Source of the DNA: Candidatus Iainarchaeum sp.
GTDB lineage: Archaea; Iainarchaeota; Iainarchaeia; Iainarchaeales; JAZDDZ01
Assembly (NCBI GenBank): GCA_043809245.1
Contig: JAZDDZ010000022.1
Span: forward strand, 1 to 39,365
Reading direction: 5' to 3'
DNA length: 39,365 bases
Positions within the stretch are counted from its first letter, which is position 1, and each line of letters opens with the position of its first letter. The notes under the pieces were generated by a model. It ran no database searches. It had not been told where the DNA came from and saw only the letters and a list, made by a program, of their open reading frames with translations. This document shows, piece by piece, positions 39,314 through 39,365 of this stretch. Both the position numbers and the translations under genes were made by a program.

Positions 39314-39365
39314 ATGAAAAAGACAATTTCTCTGCGCATGGAGGGTTTTGAGGTTATTGAAAAGG
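39314..39365 (+). CDS. 5' end of a possible DUF2080/AbrB-like small protein (truncated by window edge)
   Basis: MKKTISLRMEGFEVIEK...; only 17 codons visible. Confidence 0.4.
   Translation, partial: MKKTISLRMEGFEVIEK

Overview
Archaeal chromosomal window, most likely from a DPANN lineage; Iainarchaeota/Diapherotrites is an inference. Evidence: archaeal-type TyrRS, RibL-type FAD synthase, GGTGA/GGAG ribosome-binding sites, TATA-like boxes and tRNAs without encoded CCA. The left half holds housekeeping and anabolic genes: citramalate/isopropylmalate synthase, Kef-type antiporter, cysS, tyrS, ribL, M20 peptidase, guaB, thyX, a cyclase and tRNA-Leu(CAA). Toxin-antitoxin-like modules are unusually dense across the window: 2 PIN/RHH, 2 intact RelE pairs, 1 RelE pseudogene split by a 101-bp MITE, a Fic gene and a GNAT toxin with a 49-aa partner. 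The right half is a cell-surface and glycosylation region: a LamG/Ig-repeat surface protein, a (YG)10 anchored protein, GT-C-like membrane proteins, a flippase, GT4 and GT2, including an AT-rich cassette that ends at an IS200/IS605-like end. It is followed by tRNA-Ser(GCT) and a ComEC-like MBL lipoprotein. Elements missing from the ORF track include a 51-aa SWIB-like gene, two tiny antitoxin candidates, a candidate Ile/Leu leader peptide, the MITE, IS ends and a repeated ~65-bp structured element. The most intriguing signal is a strong D-x-N enrichment in exported proteins next to the glycosylation cluster.
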